Part shown: in pieces, positions 24,346 to 36,439 of the stretch
Numbering within the stretch: position 1 is the stretch's first letter
Layout: each line of letters begins with the position of its first letter
Assembly: GCA_044892505.1 (NCBI GenBank)
Contig: CM097882.1
Span: 111,724,001 to 111,771,902 of the forward strand
Direction: 5' to 3'
DNA: 47,902 bases
Source: Schmidtea nova
Lineage: Eukaryota
Notes under the pieces: model-generated
Seen by the model: only the letters and a program-made list of their open reading frames with translations
Database searches by the model: none
What the model was told of the DNA's origin: nothing
Program-made: the position numbers and the translations under genes

Positions 24346-24577
24346 NNNNNNNNNNNNNNNNNNNNNNNNNNNNNNNNNNNNNNNNNNNNNNNNNNNNNNN
24401 NNNNNNNNNNNNNNNNNNNNNNNNNNNNNNNNNNNNNNNNNNNNNNNNNNNNNNNNNNNNNNNNNNNNNNNNNNNNNNNNNNNNNNNNNNNNNNNNNNNN
24501 NNNNNNNNNNNNNNNNNNNNNNNNNNNNNNNNNNNNNNNNNNNNNNNNNNNNNNNNNNNNNNNNNNNNNNNNNNNNN

Positions 24578-26480
24578 AATTATCCCTTTAGCCTCGATGC
24601 GATATCCCTATACACCTCTATTCACCCTAAAGATGATATAAATTGTTTAGAAAGAAAGTTAAGAAAATGTGAACTTGTCTTAAATGAGATGCAGACAGAA
24701 TACATCATTGAACTTCTAACTGTGATTCTCACAAACACCTAATTTACATTTAAACAGAAAGTATACCAACAAGTGAGAGGCCTGCCAATGGGCTTTAGTA
24801 TATCAGCCATACTAGCGATTATATTCATAGATTATCTCGAACAACAAACACTGATAACCATAAATACCATTGCTATATAGGTCCGAAATGTAGATGATTT
24901 CTTCATCACTACAAATTGCAAAAAGGAAGCAGAAGAAATATTTCGTATTTTCAATGCGGCACACAATGACGTACAATTTGAGATTGAATACCCGAAAGAA
25001 GATGGATCCCTCGAACTATTAGATCTGAGAACAATATAAATTCAGACACACCAACATACGGGTTCTACAGATTATCAGCCCACAAAGAAATATCAGCATT
25101 TCCTCATCTGCAGAAAATAAACGTCATTAAAAATGAGAGACAAAGGATAGCTAATCTATGCACGAAGGAAGAGGACAATTCAGCAGAACAAACAATATTT
25201 ACTGAAGTTCTACATCGTAATTGATACCATAATATTAACGAGATTAACAAAATAACATTCAACCAGAGAAGGCAGAAAGACCTACAAAAAGAAAAAAATA
25301 TTTCTACCTTCGAATTCCTTTCATCAATGGCCGAATAAATTTTATTATCATCAAAAAACTTAATCTCACTGGTCTTCCGATTCGTTTGGCATATATTGAT
25401 CTAAGATTTTGAGGCAAGCCCTGGCTAACAACACTAAAAAAGAATATACATGCAAGATGGAAAATTGCCAAACACCAAAGAAAATATGCTTTCACAAGAA
25501 CATTGTCTATAGCAGGCGCCTCAAACACGCGTCCCACGGCCCGCGAAGACTTTTAATAAATTACCAAAATAAGTTTATAATTTCAAATTCTAATTAATTA
25601 AATAACAAGAACAGCATAAGTTTTTAAATTGATTTTTTTAAATTAAAAGCATGACTTCAATATTTTTATTAATGCTTATTAAAGAAAAACTTATTAAAAA
25701 CTTATTATTAAACTTATTAAAAACTTATTATTATTACTAAAAGAAATGCTTATTTAAGAAAATTATAATATTTTTTGTTTAAAATTTGACTCAAACAAAA
25801 CATAATCAAACGTTATAATAAAAGAATTTGATCATTGTGGTAAATTTTATTTTAGCATCATGTGTAATAAATGCCAAGAAATTTACATCAGAAGCACCCT
25901 TCGGACTTTACATGAGAGAATTAAAGAACATCTTGATCCTGGTGGAAAATCATCTGTATATAGACATCTTCAACAATGTCAGACAGAAAACCAGGAAAAA
26001 TAAATATCAGTGAAAAAATTGACAAGCGAAAACGATGAAAAAAATCTCAGACTTAAAGAAGCTATTCTTATTAGAGACAAACACACAAAAAATAACTCTA
26101 AAAAGGAAGTTAGCGAAATCACCCACTTGCTATCTTGTTAGAAACATGTGGTTCTATAAATGAAAAAATGAAGAAAAGGAAACAGAATGGAGAAGAAAAG
26201 AGAGTACAGAGAATACAAGGGCATTTCAAAGAGATATAATCAAATAAAAAAAATCAAATATAGAGGGTTGGAAATTTAAATGTAAAATACAGACAATAAA
26301 AAGAAAAATTTTAATATTTTAAAAAATAATAAATTTTTTTATTCTGAAAAATATTTTTTTAATTTTTAAAATTTTAGAATTCAAAATTTATATTAATCAG
26401 ATTAACATCCAATGAAAAGGAAGATAATTCACGAGAAAGAAACAGGATAAATAATATTAATTATAATAATAATAATCATA
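24578..26480 (+). pseudogene. PLE copy A: RT plus GIY-YIG plus 3' UTR, with stops and an internal insertion
   Basis: SLDAISLYTSIH, YQQVRGLPMG, NVDD, RIKEHLDPGGK, LRLKEAILIRDKH. Confidence 0.9.
25513..25855 (+). mobile_element. hAT-like left-end fragment inserted in PLE copy A
   Basis: Begins CAGGCGCCTCAAACACGCGTCCCACGGCCCGCGA (Charlie-type end); absent from copy B, which reads ctatag|catcatg. Confidence 0.6.
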
Positions 26481-26488
26481 ATAAGAGG

Positions 26489-27985
26489 ACATCATTGAAC
26501 TTCTAACTGTATTTCTCGCAAACACCTACTTTACATTTGAACAGAGAGTGTACCAGCAAGTGAGAGGCCTGCCAATGGGCTCTAGTATTTCAGCCATACT
26601 AGCGATTATATTCATAGATTATCTCGAACAACAAACACTGATAACCATAAATACCATTGTTATATACGCACGATATGTAGACGATATTTTTATCACGACA
26701 AATAGCAAAATGGAAGCGGAAGAAATATTTCGTATCTTCAACGCGGCACACAATGACATAAAATTCGAGATTGAATACCCGAAAGAAGACGGATCCCTCA
26801 AACTATTGGATCTGAGAATAAAAATCAACTCAGACAGAAGTCCTGCATCATAATGGATACCATAATATTAACGAGATCAACAAAGTAAAATTCAACCAGA
26901 GAAGGCAGAAAGACCTACAAAAGGAAAAGAAATATTTCTACCTTCGAATTCCTTTCATCAGTGACCGAATAAATTTCATGATCATCAAAGAACTTAATCT
27001 CACTAGTCTTCCGATTCGTTTGGCATATAGATCTAAGACATTAAGGCAAGCTCTAGCTAACAATACGAGAAAGGAAAGTACATGTAAGATGGAAAATTGC
27101 CAAACACCAAAGAAATTTTGCTTTCGTAAGAACATTGTCTATAGCATCATGTGTAATAAATGCAAATAAATTTACATCGGAAGCACCCTTCGGACTTTGC
27201 ATCAGAGAATTAAAGAACATCTTGATCCTGGTGGAAAGTCATCTGTATATAGACATCTCCACCAATGTCAGACAGAAAATAAAGCAAAATTAATATCAGT
27301 GAGAATATTGACAAACGAAAACGACGAAAAAAATCTCAGACTTAAAGAAGCTATTCTCATTAGAGACAAACACCCAAAAATTAACTCTAAAGAGGAAATT
27401 AGCGAAATCGCCCACTTAATATCTTGTTAAAAAAAACATGTGGTTCTACAAATAAGAAAGTATAAAAGTAAAAGGAAGATATAAAAAATGGAGAAAGAAA
27501 AGTTATAGTACAGAGAATTTATGGGCATTTCAAAGAGATATAATATAATTAAATTGTAAAATTATAAAAAAATAAAATTAAATATTAAGGGTTAAAAAAT
27601 TAAAAATGTAGAATGCAGGCAATAAAAATTTTAAAAATTTTAAATTTAAAAAAAGGATAAATCTATTTATTCGAAAAGAAATTTAGAAAAATTTTTAAAA
27701 ATTTTGGAGTTTTTATTTTGTATTTTTAAATTTTTAACAAAATAAACATTTAAAAAACAATTAAGAATTTAAAAAATTTATTAATCAGATTAACATCTAA
27801 TGAAAATGAAGAGAAATCACGAAAAAAGAAACAACAGAATGAATGAAGATACCAGTTATTTGCCGAATTAGAAATTGACGAGGATTATTTGATAATCGAA
27901 AATTTTCTCACTTAATAAAATTATTTTTGCAGCAAAGGCTTATTTTGTTACTTATTTATTAATTAATTTAATACTTAATGCTGCT
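26489..27985 (+). pseudogene. PLE copy B in direct tandem with copy A (thumb deletion)
   Basis: YQQVRGLPMGSSISAILA, YARYVDD, NIVYSIMCNKCK*IYIGSTLRTLHQRIKEH; starts after a (TAA)n run. Confidence 0.92.
27870..27908 (+). ncRNA. Degenerate hammerhead-like motif in the PLE copy B 3' UTR
   Basis: AGAAA TTGACGA G GATTAT-TTG-ATAATC GAAA ATTTTCT; stem II is perfect, but the core (U3/G8) and stem III/I register are imperfect. Confidence 0.5.
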
Positions 27986-28295
27986 ANNNNNNNNNNNNNN
28001 NNNNNNNNNNNNNNNNNNNNNNNNNNNNNNNNNNNNNNNNNNNNNNNNNNNNNNNNNNNNNNNNNNNNNNNNNNNNNNNNNNNNNNNNNNNNNNNNNNNN
28101 NNNNNNNNNNNNNNNNNNNNNNNNNNNNNNNNNNNNNNNNNNNNNNNNNNNNNNNNNNNNNNNNNNNNNNNNNNNNNNNNNNNNNNNNNNNNNNNNNNNN
28201 NNNNNNNNNNNNNNNNNNNNNNNNNNNNNNNNNNNNNNNNNNNNNNNNNNNNNNNNNNNNNTGACTATAGATCAAATTTTTTTTTATAAACAATA

Positions 28296-28376
28296 ACACA
28301 ATATTTCGGCACAGCCTTTATCAAGTGTGTATTTCAGAAATACACACTTGATAAAGGCTGTGCCGAAATATTGTGT
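28296..28376. ncRNA. Head-to-head pair of intact HHR-A motifs (28296-28328 minus; 28344-28376 plus)
   Basis: Palindrome 28262-28410 centred on 28336; both copies identical to 58-90. Confidence 0.78.
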
Positions 28377-29479
28377 TATTGTTTATAAAAAAAAATTTGA
28401 TCTATAGTCATTATGAGAATTATTGATAATAATAATAAAAAAAGATCAAANNNNNNNNNNNNNNNNNNNNNNNNNNNNNNNNNNNNNNNNNNNNNNNNNN
28501 NNNNNNNNNNNNNNNNNNNNNNNNNNNNNNNNNNNNNNNNNNNNNNNNNNNNNNNNNNNNNNNNNNNNNNNNNNNNNNNNNNNNNNNNNNNNNNNNNNNN
28601 NNNNNNNNNNNNNNNNNNNNNNNNNNNNNNNNNNNNNNNNNNNNNNNNNNNNNNNNNNNNNNNNNNNNNNNNNNNNATGATAGTTATATTATCAATATCA
28701 CTTTGAAATATCACATTAAAATCGAAAGCTTATTATTTTGTTTGAACTGATGAAAACAATATAGCAATTTCTATTTCCAATATCACATTTATATATAGCA
28801 ATGATAACTTCAAATATTTTGTAATTATTATTATTGGCTGAAAGTCTCACTTTCTGATCTTTCTACCAAAAGTGACCTATTCTGTAAATGTTTCATTATT
28901 GTGCCAATTTTGATTTTATTGATAATGCTGATCTCAATCAATAAAGAGCACCAATTGTTTTATCAAATTTCACACATTCACTTCTTTGGTATCAAATGTT
29001 CAAGTTTCGGCAGTGCGTCGATAAGGGTATGTGAAGGTTGACAGGGTTATATAAATACAATCTCTTCTTGCCAATTAGACATGCAAATGAATCACTTCGT
29101 GCTTAGGTGCCATTCATAAACCTTGAGTCCGACTTCACGACTATTTTGATTTTTGTGTTTGATAATGTAAGAAAAGCGACATTTGTTTAAAGGCTTTTGA
29201 TAAATATTTCTTAGTCTGATATTTGTGAACGTTTTCAGAAAGTAAAATGCATTAATAAGATAATTGCAGGTTAAAGAATAAGCAGCATGAAGCAGGACTT
29301 GTTTATGTCAGTCATTGTAACCATGAGCAACCTCTAAAAATATTTTAAAAAGAGAAGTGTGCAAAACGACTTCTCTGAACGATGTGACTAGTGAGGTGGT
29401 AAGAAGATTTTACCAAACATTTATATTTAAAAAGTAGGGGATAGTGAGGACTCGAGCACAGTTTTTTCAACTAGCAACG

Positions 29480-29920
29480 GTTGCTAGGGTGAACACACAC
29501 ATCAATACACAATCCCCGGGGAAGATGTTGCTAAGGTTAACACACACATCAATATATAATCTCTAGGGAAGATGTTGCTATGGTAAACACACACCAATGT
29601 ATTTTCTTCGAGGAATCTGTTTCCAGGGTAAATACACACATTAGGGTGACTTCCCTGAGGAACTTGTTGCCTGGGTAAACATACATACATACACATCAAT
29701 ATATAATTCTGAATGATAAATGTAGTTAAGGTAACTACACACAGCAATATATAGTCCCCGAGGAAGATGATATCAAGGAAAATACACACAACAATATATA
29801 TTCCCCGAGGAACCTGTTGCCAGGGTAAACACATATCAATATATAATCATCGAGGAACCTTTTGCTAGAGTAGACACACACATTAAAGTATTGTCTCCTT
29901 GGAACCTGTTGCTAAGGTAA
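29480..29920. repeat. Subterminal ~35-37 bp tandem repeat (cacacatcaatata..ccccgaggaa..tgttgctagggtaaa); mirrored at ~38360-38800
   Basis: About 12 degenerate units read directly. Confidence 0.85.
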
Positions 29921-30457
29921 ATACGTCATTGTGTAACGGCAGTGACTACTGTTGATAACATCAAAACATTCCACACATTAATTATTACCCGTAACACACA
30001 CGATAACATGTTTTTACTTAATCGAACAGCGTTTTTGTTTTAATGTACTGACTAACATTTCGAGTAGTTGTTTATTAATTGATAACTTTTGATATATTAT
30101 ATAATTTTTGTAAAATGATCTTTAGAAAATCGAATATGAGAACTTTGAAAACGGATGAAATGAATGCGAGAATTGTGACAATAGTCGAAATTTTAAAGAC
30201 GATTCTACAGAGTGCAACTACAAGAGCAGATGAAATTTAATAATATTTGTAAACAGAAACAATTATTTTTACATTAAATAAAAAGATTGACACAAAAAAA
30301 TGAAAACCCTGAACAATAAAACCGTTTGAAATCTTGACAATACATAAAAACTTTAAAAATAATTAAACATAATAAACTAAAGAAATATAAAACTAAATAT
30401 AATGAAACCAATTATTTTTTAACAAAGTTTTATTCAATACAAATCTGAATTGGATAT

Positions 30458-33400
30458 TTAATTTAAATTGAGAGATGGATCTGAAACTGGAACACACACC
30501 TGATCTTTTGATTGGTCTATAAACGAGCCACATCCCTTATAATGTCCGTATGCAAGACTTTCATTTTTATCAACCCAAAGTCTTTTATCATCAAGATTAG
30601 TCAAGGCAATTTTCGAATATTTATTAGTAAAGAGTTGATGATTCTTACTAACTATTCTCGACTGATCAACAGAAACTATTGACTTATTATTATAACAATC
30701 CAGATACGACTGATGATTCAGTTTAGTATCCTTCAATGTTATACCCTTAGCCTTAATGCACTCTTCATCACCTAAAAGACTATAACACTTTGGTCTAAGG
30801 AATACCCACTCATCATACTTGAATCCTTTATTCTCGTCTTTGAATTTACCAATGACGGAATCTAGGTTCCTACTGTATAATGGGTGATTCGGATCATAAT
30901 TAGAAGTGTCAAGTAAGTTATCTCTTATCATGGCCGGTAAAAGAATATCAAGCTTACAATTTCTAATCTCAAGAAAAAATGAATCGGTGTCACCAGCAAC
31001 GATGTTAATTTCGCAGTTGAATTCGTTACGATATTTTTGTAACTCTTCATACTGCAGCTGGTACATCCTAAGTTTTGATAAATCCAGTACAGTTTGACCA
31101 ATGTAGCTGGGTCTATCTAAACACACAGAGTCCTTATTAAGCAAGACAGAAACTAGGTCATCGTCAATCCTATAAGTTTTTCTAAAAGTAGGTTTTGATG
31201 TATATGTAATCAGTTTTGATGCTGAATTACATAGTCGTAAATTTAGTCGTTTCTTAAGATTTTCAACCGTTTTCCCATAAAGACTATTATTCAAGAGTTT
31301 GTAATAGTTTTTATCTAAAGCCGTAGAAGAAGCTGCCCTAAGTTCAGTGTTCGTATCAATATATTTTTTAAAGATGAGTTTCTGTTTGTACTGAACAGCC
31401 CGATGAACTCGTGTTATTTTAACACCCAAAGAAACAAAAACCTTGAGAAGCCTCCAATGAACAACATAGTTGAACTTTGGATAATGTGTAAGCATTAACT
31501 TCTCAACTTTTGAACCGGGAGCACACATTTTCTCTGCTGCAACCAGAAAATCATTTAATTTATCGTGAATTTCTGAAGGGATTTCAAGATCCACTTCAAA
31601 AGTCATGTCATAAGTCAAAATAACCAAATCTGCATCCATTAATTTAATTAATTAATTAAATTTATTTTGATCTGTGATCCAACTAAATTCACCATAAGGT
31701 AATTTTTGACTTAGAGCCCACCCGTATAAATTATTTATGTCAATATATAAAAGTTCAGTCGTTTCGGAGGATACTACATGATGCTTGTTGACAAATGTCA
31801 AACCACCACGGATCCCCCCTTCGAAAAAATTATAAATCTCCATATCCTGGAGCAACTCAATAGGTTCATCCAAGGTAATAAGCGCAGAAGCCCACGACAT
31901 ACCTGGAATCCCCAAGAAATTCAAAGGCTCAAGTCTATTGTGAGCTATAGATTTAGCCCTAAACTGTTGAAAGAAATCAGCAAGAAGAAAAACATCCAGT
32001 TTAAGGTAGACCATCATATAGTCACACAGAGTTTGACACTGGGATTCCCTCCAAATCACCAATGCCAAATCAAAAATACCCTTACAATCAACAATAGTCC
32101 CGGTGAATTCAGATCTAGTCAAAGGCAAACAAGTAAGAGTCTTAACAGCGTCATTTAAACTAGAATTTACAAACTGACAAGAATCGATGAATTTAATTGT
32201 TAAATCACCAACCCTTGCAGACAATGTCAAGAACTTTTCACTAGTTGTAGGAATGCAAGAAATTTTTCAAGTTAAAAAATTAGCCAAACCATATTTAAGA
32301 ATATGGTGCAAGTCATAACCCTTTAAATTATGAAAAATAACGGGTAAAAACTTGTATGAACGACGGGATTGATTACAAGAATTACAAGCAGCTCCCAAAA
32401 ATTCACCAGTGTAATGATCGTGGTCTCTGACTGGTTGTACTAAAGTTTTCTTACAAAGATAACAAATAGTAGCAGAATCAAAAGATTGTTGATTAGCCGA
32501 TGTCATAAAAAGAGGTTTCTTGTAATTAGTTCTATAAAAGGGATAAACAATAGTTTCAGAAATATTACTAATTTCAGTAAGAAAATTAGTAACACAATCA
32601 ATACCTAAGAAACTCTTGTAAGTTCTTTCGCCAGTGAAATTATTTACAAGTAAAAGACCGGCAGATATTGGGACATGTCTTTGAAAGTACTTATCATCAG
32701 TAGGTAAGATTGCCTCAAAATCGGCGTAAACAACAAAAGGTGGGGTAATTGTTTTGCCCCAATTACTAAATTTCAAATTTTTATTTCTAGGCAGAGTATA
32801 AAGAGTTGTGACTAATTGATTTTTAGCACACAACTGTTGATGACAATCAAATGCTTCCTGTTTTCGAAATCCATTTAAGCATCGATGACACCAAATACTT
32901 TGTACTCGAGTATCTGAAAAATGGTGATTGCGATAATTCAAAAGCCTATCTAGATCGGTGTCTGCAATATAATGATATGCATCACCACTTTCCAACAAAA
33001 TCAAGTTAATAGGAGTACCACCAACAACTTTCGACCTATGAATTATATCAACACAAGGGTGTTTAAAAACTTCAGTGTTTTCCAAGGTATCAAGAAGAGT
33101 ATCTTCATCATAAGATAAAACATTAATAGCAAGTCCGGAGTTTCTAACCTCAAATTTTGGAATATTACAAAGTCTCATCAATAAATCAGAACGGTCAAAG
33201 TCAAGATCATTAATATTATAATTACTTGCTCTATTTCTATTATCATCTACCTCATCATATTTCAAAATAGCTAAAATGCTATAAATGAAACACAAGTCGT
33301 CAGAATTTCTTACATTTACCGTACAATATTTTAATTGTAAAGATTGAGGGGTTTCAATGTGACCACGCCCACTTAATTGACTAATTTGAGCAAATTTAGT

Positions 33401-34099
33401 TACAACGAAATGAATTTCATTAACTTTGTTAATAACCCAATTACTTCCCTTTTCATTAATTAATGCTATTTTTTCATTTAAAAGAGCAATACCCTCATCA
33501 AAAAAGGTATCACTCATTGGTCTTGCAGAGTTTGAAATGATGAAAGATTGAAATTCTCCATCTTTTTCAAACTCTACGTCAACACAAAATTGTATTTTGA
33601 CAGACCCCATCTCATTAATAACATTATTTAATTTATTAATTAAAATATCAGGTAAAATTAAAGTTTTCAAAACCAAGTGAGAAACATCCATTTTTACAAC
33701 GGCGTGAGATTTTCTCAAATCAAATTTAACGTTAGGAAGAAGGGACCCACCATATTGAACATCTATGGTGTTAATATCATTATTAGAACTTGTGTCAGAG
33801 TCGGAAAGAATTTTCATATCGGACATTACCTCGTCAACTATATTACTTAATTTTCTAACTTTTGTAGGTAGTGGATTATCGACAAGGATTTTTCTTTTAT
33901 TATTAATAATATTGTTATCACTATTAATATCACTATTATTTATTGTGTTAATTAAAAATCGATTTTTCGAAGATCTAAATTTCCTTAAATGATCCTTATG
34001 GTCATCATAAAAGTTCAAAAAAGTCGAATTTTGGGTGGTCTTACATACGGGACATAAAAACGTGGCTCTTTTATACGAATATCGATAATATTTTCCCAT
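30458..34099 (-). pseudogene. polB: Protein-primed family B DNA polymerase (Polinton type), split by two in-frame stops
   Basis: YADFE (ExoI), RDHDHYTGEFLGAACNSCN (EndoVII/HNH-like), FHNLKGYD, KFIDS, YIDINNLYG (A), KLLNNSLYGK (B), AGDTDS (C), KAKG, DDKR. The three ORFs are one frame separated by TGA (32267-32269) and TAA (31652-31654). Confidence 0.93.
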
Positions 34100-36134
34100 T
34101 AATTCAATGCATTTATTGTCATGAATTGATGATCGGCAAAAATTCGGAAAAAGTTTACCTTAAATATAAAAAATAATTAAAAATATGAACAATAAATGAC
34201 AAGTATTTTAATATTAAAATTAATATCATTATACAATAATTAATATAAATTAATTAATAATTACAATAATAAAAATTTAATTAAATAATTTAAAAATTAT
34301 GAAAAATAATATTAATTAATTTCAATTATTATATTCTTAATTATAATTGTTTTAATAATAAGTTTTACTCAAAGATGTAAAATTTAAATTATTTACAAGT
34401 AATTTAAAAATATTAATTTAATATAATAATTTTCATATAGAACACATTATTTACTATGATAGAAAATAAATTATTTATTAATAATTAATTTACAAAAACT
34501 TTAATTACTAAAAAATTATTAAAAAATAAAACAATAAGTAATATTAATCAATATTCAAATTAATTTTATATTCAAATTAATTAATTAATTAATATAAAAA
34601 ATTAGAATAATTATAATTAAAACTAGAATTGTTTTAATAATTAGTTATAAAATAAAAATTCAAATTCAAAAATTGTAAATAATTTTCAAAAATTAGTAAA
34701 CACTACAAAATTAATTAAAAAATAATTAATAATTTAAATAATATAGTTAATTATTTTAAGGTTTCATTAGTATTTATTAACTTATCAATGATAAATATTA
34801 CAAATCTCTTTGAATAATAAATAAAGATTATCCGTTAAATTACAAAATTGATAAATAAAACTAATTATTAAATAATTTAAATTTATATTTATATACAAAG
34901 GTAATTAATTATAAATTGCAATTATTAAATAAATCGATACTTACAGTTACTTTCTTTTATCTTTTCATCGTTAAGTTTATTTTTCATTAAACTATCCATT
35001 GTTTCAGATGCTTCAACATTGTCACCAATAACGTTGTTCATATTGTTGTCGACATCGTTGTTGTAATCGTTGTTCTTGGTAATATCCATATTATTGTTAG
35101 TATTGTTCATTTTATCTAAAATAAGTTGATTATTTAAAAACTTTAAAACAAAAATAACTTACCAAATTTAGGTTGCAGTAAAAAGGTGATTCTTAAATGA
35201 AAAACTATTGTTTATATACTAAAATCAAAAATTTTTAACCAATCAAATTCGAGGAAACATACACACACGTTTGTAAATACCACAGTGAAATTTATGTTTA
35301 CACTTAAATTTTTTTAAAAATTATTGAACACATCATTTATTGTTATAAATATATGTCATCATTTAATGTTAAATATCAATTATTTTAAAAATACAATGTA
35401 ATAAATTAAGATTAATTTTAAAATTAAATTATACTAATAAATTATAAAAATTATTACAAGTAATTAAAATTAAAAAAAAATATTTAATTATTCGATAAAT
35501 TGTAAATTAATTGAAATAAATATTAATTAATAAAAATAAAAATTAATTAATTAAAAGTAAACTAATTATTCACAAAGTTATTAGTTTTTACATAATGTAT
35601 TATTGTAGAGAATTAGAATATAAATTGTTACAGTGAAAACACAATTAAAGTATCAAATAAAATCAATTATTTACAACAAAACCCATGTGTAACACGATAA
35701 ATTTTAAATTTCTAATCAAACAATTTAGTGGAAAATTTATACATCTAATGAAAACTCTAAAAACTATTTTAAATTGTTCAAAAATATCAATTAAACATGT
35801 GTGCAACACGAAAAATGACTAATTTTATATTTTTATTTAAGCCATTTTATAGGAAATTAAATTCTAAATATACACTGTTAATGTGAAAACTCATTATCTT
35901 TATTACAACATCAAAGAAAACCAATTAATAACAACAAAAGACGTGTGCAGCTCGCAAAACACAACATTTTGAATTTTCAAGTTGGCCATCTTGTAGAGAA
36001 TAAAATTCTGTCTATACATTGTTACAGCGAGAAAAACAAATAATTTCAATTTGAGGCACAAATAAAGAAAAAAGAAAAAACGGGAGAGTAGGGGATAGTG
36101 AGGACACGGGCCAAGTCATTTATCCCAAAACTGT

Positions 36135-36435
36135 ATATATTACGTAATAATTATACAGTTGCCTACCCCCAACACCACCCACCCCACCCCAAAATTACGG
36201 AATATTATATATTGTTACGTAATCATTAAGTTATCAGTATGTAATTATTATGCAATCATTGCGTAATTATTACACCATTCATTACGTAATCGTTACGTAA
36301 TTGTCGCGACACTATTACGTATTCATTACGCATCCAATAGGTGATTGTTACGTCATTATTACGTAAACATTACGTAATTATTACATAATCATTGCGCAAA
36401 CATTATATCATTATTGCGTAATTATCGCGTCATTA
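36135..36435. repeat. Subterminal array of TTACGTAA-type palindromes
   Basis: TTACGTAA at 36140, 36215, 36282, 36293, 36359 and 36370; TTGCGTAA x2; TTGCGCAA at 36392; TTACGTCA at 36348. Confidence 0.85.
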
Positions 36436-36439
36436 TTGT

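Larger units (their letters stand above)
29433..34100 (-). mobile_element. Polinton/Maverick-like element segment: AGTAGGGG terminus, subterminal repeats and pPolB; no integrase, ATPase or capsid ORF seen
   Basis: Terminus AGTAGGGGATAGTGAGGAC at 29433; pPolB on the minus strand 30458-34099. Confidence 0.75.

Noticed and set aside
29480-29920. CRISPR-like appearance of ~36-bp periodic repeats
   Set aside because: There are no unique spacers or cas genes, and the context is a eukaryotic element; these are degenerate tandem subterminal repeats.
31778-32158. Antisense and overlapping ORFs over polB, hAT, Gypsy and PLE genes (e.g. 11972-12214, 16279-16503, 20104-20434)
   Set aside because: Shadow frames of real coding sequence with no independent motifs.
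32267-32269. In-frame TGA in polB as evidence of a variant genetic code or selenocysteine
   Set aside because: A second in-frame stop is TAA, the gene has an internal deletion, and other elements show ordinary nonsense mutations (e.g. the hAT TGA at 19138-19140 where a Ser is expected). Decay is simpler.
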